From assembly GCA_021773335.1 (NCBI GenBank), contig JAJFKG010000051.1, positions 133,985 to 197,984 on the forward strand: a stretch of DNA of 64,000 bases, given 5' to 3'. Shown here piece by piece: positions 58,581 through 64,000 of the stretch. Origin of the DNA: Gammaproteobacteria bacterium. GTDB lineage: Bacteria > Pseudomonadota > Gammaproteobacteria > JAJFKG01. The notes under the pieces were generated by a model. It worked only from the letters and a program-made list of their open reading frames with translations, was not told the origin of the DNA and ran no database searches. Positions within the stretch are counted from its first letter, which is position 1. Every line of letters begins with the position of its first letter. Position numbers and translations under genes: made by a program.

Positions 58581-59801
58581 ATGAAGAAAGTACGTTTTTT
58601 CACGGTTGCTGTAGGGCTGATACTGGCTTTAATGCTCGGTAATAGTTTTGCAACCAGCCATGATAATGCTGCGGGTGCGTCCGCTAATACAACGGTGAGC
58701 AAACCAGCAAAGCAAAGCAATACGCAGGCATCGACTATGCAGCAGGCGATTACGACGGCAGGGAATATTACTAATTATACAGAGTCACCGGTGTTGGTTG
58801 GTGGTAATGTCGATATCACCGCGAATAATCCGCACAGTGCTTTTATCTTAGGCGGTCAAGTTGCGCTGGGAGGTAATGTTGGGCGTAATGCCGTGGTTTC
58901 TGGTGGTAAATTGCAGTTGAATGGCAAAGTTGGGCGTGGCGCGTATCTTGTCGGTGGCTTAGTCAATTTATCTAAGCAGAGTAGTGTGGCCAGCGGTGGT
59001 TTTATCCTCGGTGGTGAAGTGAACCTTGCTGGTAACATTAGCAAAGATGTACGCGTTATTGCCGGAAAAGTGAATATCGCTGGTAATATCGACGGTAATT
59101 TAAATGTAGTTGCGGGCAATATTCGTGTGGCCCCAACCGCACGTATTTCTGGCAAGCTCGAATACATTAGCCCTAATCCAGTGGTTGTTGCACCTGGTGC
59201 CATTGTTAAAGGTGGTGTGAGCAAAATGCCACAACAAGATGTTGCCCAAGCTAAAGGCACATTAGGTGGTGCGGCATGGATGCAGAAACTCATGTTTGTG
59301 GTCGGCATGTTCATAATAGGTATTGTCTTGAGCTTATTATTCCCACGTTTTGCTGGCTCAGTCGCGTGCAAGTTTGCAACGCGCTTTTGGTCTAGCTTTG
59401 GGATGGGGGTGCTTACCTTTATCGTTACCCCAATCGTTGCCTTTGTATTATTTGCAACGGTGGTTGGTGTTTCGCTTGGTGTGCTGTTACTCGTATTCTA
59501 CGCACTAGCGTTAACATTTGCTTATGTTTACGCAGCACAAGGCTTAGGTTTGTTGTGCTTGCGCATCGTTGGCAGCAAAGCACAAACCTTTACCAGTGGT
59601 AAGCTGATTATTGCCGTATTACTCGGTATGATCGTCTTATATATTTTCAGCTTAATACCTTATGCTGGGGCCTGGTTGATTTTCATTGCTTTAATGTTTG
59701 GTCTCGGTGCTTTAGTGATGGCTTTATATGGCTGTCATAAAGCTTGTGGCACCACATGTGGTCATAAAGAGGGTGATGAGAGAGTTGCGCATGAAAGCTA
59801 G
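58581..59801 (+). CDS. Membrane protein with bactofilin-like beta-helix repeats and C-terminal TM bundle
   Basis: Signal peptide, Gly/Val/Asn repeats (GGxVxLxGxV), five or more TM helices. Confidence 0.7.
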   Translation: MKKVRFFTVAVGLILALMLGNSFATSHDNAAGASANTTVSKPAKQSNTQASTMQQAITTAGNITNYTESPVLVGGNVDITANNPHSAFILGGQVALGGNVGRNAVVSGGKLQLNGKVGRGAYLVGGLVNLSKQSSVASGGFILGGEVNLAGNISKDVRVIAGKVNIAGNIDGNLNVVAGNIRVAPTARISGKLEYISPNPVVVAPGAIVKGGVSKMPQQDVAQAKGTLGGAAWMQKLMFVVGMFIIGIVLSLLFPRFAGSVACKFATRFWSSFGMGVLTFIVTPIVAFVLFATVVGVSLGVLLLVFYALALTFAYVYAAQGLGLLCLRIVGSKAQTFTSGKLIIAVLLGMIVLYIFSLIPYAGAWLIFIALMFGLGALVMALYGCHKACGTTCGHKEGDERVAHES

Positions 59802-59825
59802 TTAAAAGCGTACTTCAATTCAACT

Positions 59826-59860
59826 AATAAAACGCGTCCTTTTAAGGGCGCGTTTTTTTT
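59826..59860. terminator. Bidirectional rho-independent terminator
   Basis: AAAACGCGTCCT-TTTA-AGGGCGCGTTTT with T-tract, between convergent genes. Confidence 0.85.
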
Positions 59861-59874
59861 GCAAAGAACCGCAG

Positions 59875-60339
59875 CTAAACTTGCGATTGCAAGTAATTTT
59901 GTACACCGATGGCATCGATAAGACTGAGTTGTGTCTCTAGCCAATCGACATGTTCTTCTTCGTTTTCTAAAATATCTTGTAACAGATCGCGTGAGACAAA
60001 ATCTTTGATTGACTCAGCGTAAGGGATAGCTTCTTTTAAAAGTGCGATGGCTTGGTGCTCTAGCTTGAGATCGCAACTCAACATTTCTTTGACATCTTCG
60101 CCAATGAATAATTTTCCTAGATCTTGTATATTGGGTAAACCCTCGAGAAATAAAATGCGCTCGATGAGTTCATCAGCATGTTTCATTTCTTCAATGGATT
60201 CTTCATATTCTTTGTCGGCGAGTTTTTTAAAACCCCAGTCTTTGAGCATGCGCGCGTGTAAAAAATATTGATTAATTGCAATCAATTCATTGCCTAATAC
60301 TTTATTTAAATACTCGATGATCTTCGCGTCGCCTTTCAT
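59875..60339 (-). CDS. bfr: Bacterioferritin
   Basis: [34 protein letters not shown]; start ATG 60339 after AAGGA. Confidence 0.98.
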   Translation of the reverse strand: MKGDAKIIEYLNKVLGNELIAINQYFLHARMLKDWGFKKLADKEYEESIEEMKHADELIERILFLEGLPNIQDLGKLFIGEDVKEMLSCDLKLEHQAIALLKEAIPYAESIKDFVSRDLLQDILENEEEHVDWLETQLSLIDAIGVQNYLQSQV

Positions 60340-60378
60340 GCTGTCGTCCTTTTGTTCCTTTAGTGAGTGATAGGGGGG

Positions 60379-60408
60379 AGTGTAGGTAGAAATGGACACA
60401 GAAGTCAA
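60379..60408 (-). promoter_or_regulatory. Internal sigma70-type promoter for bfr
   Basis: TTGACT-N18-TACACT on minus strand between bfd and bfr. Confidence 0.55.
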
Positions 60409-60505
60409 TATGAAGAACGTTTCACCATTGGTGGTAGCTGCTTTGCCAGACGCAGGTTGGTGTTGTGGAGCACGAAGCGGTGCGAAGCCCAATAAAAGGG
60501 GAGAA

Positions 60506-60697
60506 TTATGGGTTATCTGATTGGCGAGTTTCGTCGCTATTACTTTGTTTGAGTAACTCACGGGCATGACGCCCACACTTTCCGCATTGGCTGGCGACAC
60601 CCAGCTCACAATTTAGGTCGCGCATGGTGCACGCGCCATCTGAAACGGCTTTTTGAATCTGTTTTTCCGTCACTCCTCGACAAAGGCAAACAAACAT
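60506..60697 (-). CDS. bfd: Bacterioferritin-associated ferredoxin
   Basis: [10 protein letters not shown]...CGKC; GAGG RBS; upstream of bfr. Confidence 0.95.
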   Translation of the reverse strand: MFVCLCRGVTEKQIQKAVSDGACTMRDLNCELGVASQCGKCGRHARELLKQSNSDETRQSDNP

Positions 60698-60782
60698 GAA
60701 GCACCTCATTACATAAGCAGCTGATTTTTCAGCAATTTCCATTTATCCATATGCTACTAAGAAGCATGTGTTACTAATGCAT

Positions 60783-60810
60783 ATTATACACAAATGAGAA
60801 TGATTGTCAA
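60783..60810 (-). promoter_or_regulatory. Consensus sigma70 promoter of bfd overlapped by a Fur box
   Basis: TTGACA-N16-TATAAT on minus strand; TGAGAAT-G-ATTGTCA at 60795-60809. Confidence 0.85.
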
Positions 60811-60874
60811 TTGTATTTGGCTTTAACACTATACCGGCTAAGGGTGGACAGTAATGATATTTTGATGCTTGGAA

Positions 60875-63115
60875 TTAATGCTTATTCTCAGCATACTTAT
60901 CGCGCACATAGGTAACAAATTCCTCTTGAGTTAATGGTTTGCTAAAGTAAAATCCTTGCATTTCTAAGCAATTTTCTTTTCTTAAGAAATCGATTTGTTC
61001 TTGTGTTTCAACACCTTCAGCGATGACATCTAAATCTAAATTATTTGCCATGGAGATAATAGCGCGAATGACGGCTTCGTCATTTCGGTTTTGAAAGTTT
61101 TTTACAAAGGATTGATCGATTTTAAGTTGGTTAATAGGTAAATCTTTAAAGTATTTTAAGCTGGAATTACCCGTGCCAAAGTCATCGAATGAAACCTTGA
61201 TACCTTGTTCGATAATTTGATTTATAACGTCCAATAAAGCGGGGTTGCCAATCACAATATTTTCACTTAACTCAAATAATAAATACTGTCGTTCTAGACC
61301 CGTTTCTTCTAATATAGATAACGCCATGTTAATAAAATTGTTCTGGCTGAGTTGTAGTTCAGAAATGTTCACAGCGATGGGGACATGACAGATGCCCTTG
61401 TCTTGCCACGATTTATTTTGTTCGCATGCAGCACGCAGGACCCAGGCCCCTATCGTTGTTATGAGACCTGAATCTTCGGCCACTGGGACAAAATCAATAG
61501 GGTGTAGGACACCTTTCTTAGGATGATGCCAGCGAATCAATGCTTCAATGCCAACAAGTTTATTTTCGGGTAGTCTCAACTGTGGTTGATAACACAGGAA
61601 GAATTCTTGTTTCTTTATGGCACGTCTAAGGTCAGCTTCCATTTCTAGGCGTTGTAGAGTTTGTTCGTGTAATCGCGGTTTGTAAAATTGAAATTGTATG
61701 ACTTTACTCTCTTTAGCTAGATACATCGCCATATCGGCATTGCGCAGCAATTCCTCTGCGTTGTCTCCATCGTCAGGATAAATACTGATGCCGAAGCTTG
61801 CACTGATATTTATTTGATGGCCCGGAATAGCTATGGGATTTTCTATGATAGCTAGTAATTTTGTTACGATGTTTAGAATAGCGCGACGATTTTGTAGTTG
61901 CGATAAAACAATTACAAATTCATCTCCACCAATGCGGGAAATTACGTCATATTTACGTAATAGCGTTGAAACGCGTTCAGCAATCGTCTTTAAAACTTCA
62001 TCACCACTATCATGTGATAGACTGTCATTGATCAGTTTGAATCGATCTAAATCAAAGAACAAAATGGCAAAGAAGTTTTTATTGCGTTTTGCCCGAGCCA
62101 TTTCTTCTTCAATACGCTCGATAAGAAAAAAACGATTGGGTAAGCCGGTCAACAAGTCATGAGTGGCTCGGTATTCTAATTCTTTTTCAACCTGGATACG
62201 CTGAGTTATATCGCGAAAACGCCATACACGACCTATTGTTTTATTATCCAACTTTTGTGGTTGGGTATGGTATTCAAACATTCTATTATTTTTTAAAGCT
62301 AGTTCACCATTTTTTGTTTTCTCAGGATATTGATTAACTTCTTGTGTAACTTGTAGGAACTTGTCTGGCTTCTCAAGTTTAGTAGCGATATGTTTGATTA
62401 AATGATCAGGTTGCTCAGTATCCACAAGTGCCTTAGGGACTTCCCACAGACTAATTAATTTTTTATTAATTTTGATAACGTGATTTTTTTTGTCGGTGAC
62501 CAGTATACCTTCTGTAGAAGATTCTAATGTAGCTTGTATCATGGATAGAGAATTTTGTAGTGACCGGGTACGATCTTTTACTTGTGATTCAAGGTCTAAA
62601 ATATCTTGTTTCTTTTCATTAGATAGTTGCCAGTTTCTTGTGAGTGCAAATGCTAATTGTCTAACTGCAATGTTATCCAATGGCTTTTTTAAAATAAGAG
62701 GGAGATTTTCCATACCGAGACTTGCAAAGATTTCTTCCCATGTATGGTTTGGATAGGGTGTGCAAATGACGATTTGAATGTCTGGATCAACGGCTACAAG
62801 TCGTTTAATTGTTTTAATACCATTAATGCTTGGTGGCATATCTATAGCGACAAATGCTAATGAATAAGGCTTTTCTTCGTTGATTGCTTGTTTGACTTTT
62901 GCAACACCTTCTTCACCTTGTAGTGCTGAATCAATCTCAAATACTGGATAGCCCGTATATTGCGTGCCTTCGTTGCTACCAAGTATTTCCTGATCCAAGG
63001 TGTCAAACTCCCTATCATTTTTCTTTCGTACACGTAATATTTTCATGAAATTATCGTGGCTTTCAGGAGCATCATCGATGACAAGTACTTTAAAGGCTTT
63101 TATGTTCGCGCTCAT
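60875..63115 (-). CDS. Receiver-like/PAS/GGDEF/EAL c-di-GMP enzyme
   Basis: VLVIDD receiver start, PAS-like region, HDLLTGLPNR, GGDEF, EAL, DDFGTG. Confidence 0.93.
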   Translation of the reverse strand: MSANIKAFKVLVIDDAPESHDNFMKILRVRKKNDREFDTLDQEILGSNEGTQYTGYPVFEIDSALQGEEGVAKVKQAINEEKPYSLAFVAIDMPPSINGIKTIKRLVAVDPDIQIVICTPYPNHTWEEIFASLGMENLPLILKKPLDNIAVRQLAFALTRNWQLSNEKKQDILDLESQVKDRTRSLQNSLSMIQATLESSTEGILVTDKKNHVIKINKKLISLWEVPKALVDTEQPDHLIKHIATKLEKPDKFLQVTQEVNQYPEKTKNGELALKNNRMFEYHTQPQKLDNKTIGRVWRFRDITQRIQVEKELEYRATHDLLTGLPNRFFLIERIEEEMARAKRNKNFFAILFFDLDRFKLINDSLSHDSGDEVLKTIAERVSTLLRKYDVISRIGGDEFVIVLSQLQNRRAILNIVTKLLAIIENPIAIPGHQINISASFGISIYPDDGDNAEELLRNADMAMYLAKESKVIQFQFYKPRLHEQTLQRLEMEADLRRAIKKQEFFLCYQPQLRLPENKLVGIEALIRWHHPKKGVLHPIDFVPVAEDSGLITTIGAWVLRAACEQNKSWQDKGICHVPIAVNISELQLSQNNFINMALSILEETGLERQYLLFELSENIVIGNPALLDVINQIIEQGIKVSFDDFGTGNSSLKYFKDLPINQLKIDQSFVKNFQNRNDEAVIRAIISMANNLDLDVIAEGVETQEQIDFLRKENCLEMQGFYFSKPLTQEEFVTYVRDKYAENKH

Positions 63116-63865
63116 GATTGCCCTTTGCTATTGTTATTTCTGGGGGAGAGGGGCGCAGTCAAATAAAAACTTGTGCCATACCCAATGTTTCTGCATTCCG
63201 GTGCTGAAAAACTTAAGCTGAGTGTTGATGTGAAATCTAATGCTGCGAAATCCTTTTCAGGACAATCGGGCACACGGTGGCAGCTGAAAACATGGATTTT
63301 CATTGTCCTTCCCTTTCCCTGCTGGAGAGTCATTTAAGTTATCTAAACTATGTAGACTGAGTGGTTAGCCGATTGTTCCGTAAATTTTGCTCGAATGTGT
63401 GGCTAACTGAAATGGTTTATCATTTGTTGGTAACGGATAACTTTAATATGTTTAAAATCATATGGTTACATAAATGAGAAGTGTCTCGTTATATTCAGAG
63501 ATGTGAATTAGTCAGTGGGTGCTTGTGCGAGGCTCGACAAGGCGAATTTTAATGTAATTGATTAATTTAAAAGCTTTTTTGCTAAATAATCCCCGATTTT
63601 TTGCCTTTGAATGAGTTCTTTTTTTGACAACGAATTGAATCTATGGCGTGAAAACGACGCCTCAATTTAACTATATATATAGTATCAAGGTGTTGAGCTT
63701 TGTTTAGAAATAATGGTTCTGTGCTAATCAGGGTTTAGCAAGCAAGTCCAGCATTGACTTTCTTTGGCGCTTTGTGGACACTGGCGCGGTATTTTTAATT
63801 GCAAAGCTACGCAGTTAATTATGTTGATGTCTTTGCAGTCTATAATAAACAAAGGAGAGCGGTTC

Positions 63866-64000
63866 ATGAGTATTCTCGTCGGTCGTAAGGCCCCAGATTT
63901 TAGAGCAGCGGCGGTGCTTGGTAATGGTGAGATCATTGATGATTTCCATTTCGCACAGGCAACCAAAGGCAAGTACGCGATTGTGTTTTTCTACCCACTA
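63866..64000 (+). CDS. ahpC: Peroxiredoxin (AhpC/TsaA type), 5' part, truncated at window end
   Basis: Manual translation MSILVGRKAPDFRAAAVLGNGEII..VFFYPL; AAGGAG RBS; TATAAT at 63841; absent from the ORF track. Confidence 0.88.
   Translation, partial: MSILVGRKAPDFRAAAVLGNGEIIDDFHFAQATKGKYAIVFFYPL

Noticed and set aside
59875..60609. 244-aa extended bacterioferritin
   Set aside because: Extension overlaps bfd in another frame; canonical MKGD start with RBS at 60339
354..63972. Many antisense and out-of-frame ORFs in the track
   Set aside because: Shadows of well-supported genes with no independent motifs
1..64000. tRNA, rRNA, prophage, transposase or secretion-apparatus genes
   Set aside because: None recognised; effector calls therefore lack an in-window secretion system and remain inference

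Overview
A 64-kb chromosomal window from a gammaproteobacterium; gene order and content suggest a Legionellales/Coxiella-like lineage (inference). The backbone is housekeeping: rplI-dnaB-alr, ffh-rpsP-rimM-trmD-rplS, alaC/hom/thrC, recJ, ispA/idi, dusA, ddl, nrdAB with tandem NrdR boxes, CBS/CGL, argD, sodB, grxD, bfd-bfr and a partial peroxiredoxin. Accessory content: (1) five orphan ORFs (about 240-1850 aa) with eukaryote-type linear motifs, the largest carrying a WH2/beta-thymosin-like motif, all candidate host-directed effectors; (2) a Fur-boxed iron-uptake operon combining a FetM/FTR1 permease, a free-standing copy of its periplasmic domain, an FtrD-like polyferredoxin and P19; (3) pheA plus a eukaryote-like aromatic amino acid hydroxylase between hom and thrC; (4) an AT-rich DUF2971 gene bracketed by inverted copies of a palindromic repeat; (5) an AAA_14/DUF4143 ATPase preceded by three 24-bp palindromes at exact 32-bp period; (6) many intergenic palindromic repeats (nested GTAG-REP composites, ERIC-like elements, a GGTCCCACC family, MITE-like hairpins), several apparently centred on local strand-composition switches. 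No tRNA, rRNA, CRISPR array, transposase or secretion apparatus was recognised. All calls are by-eye motif recognition; no searches were run.
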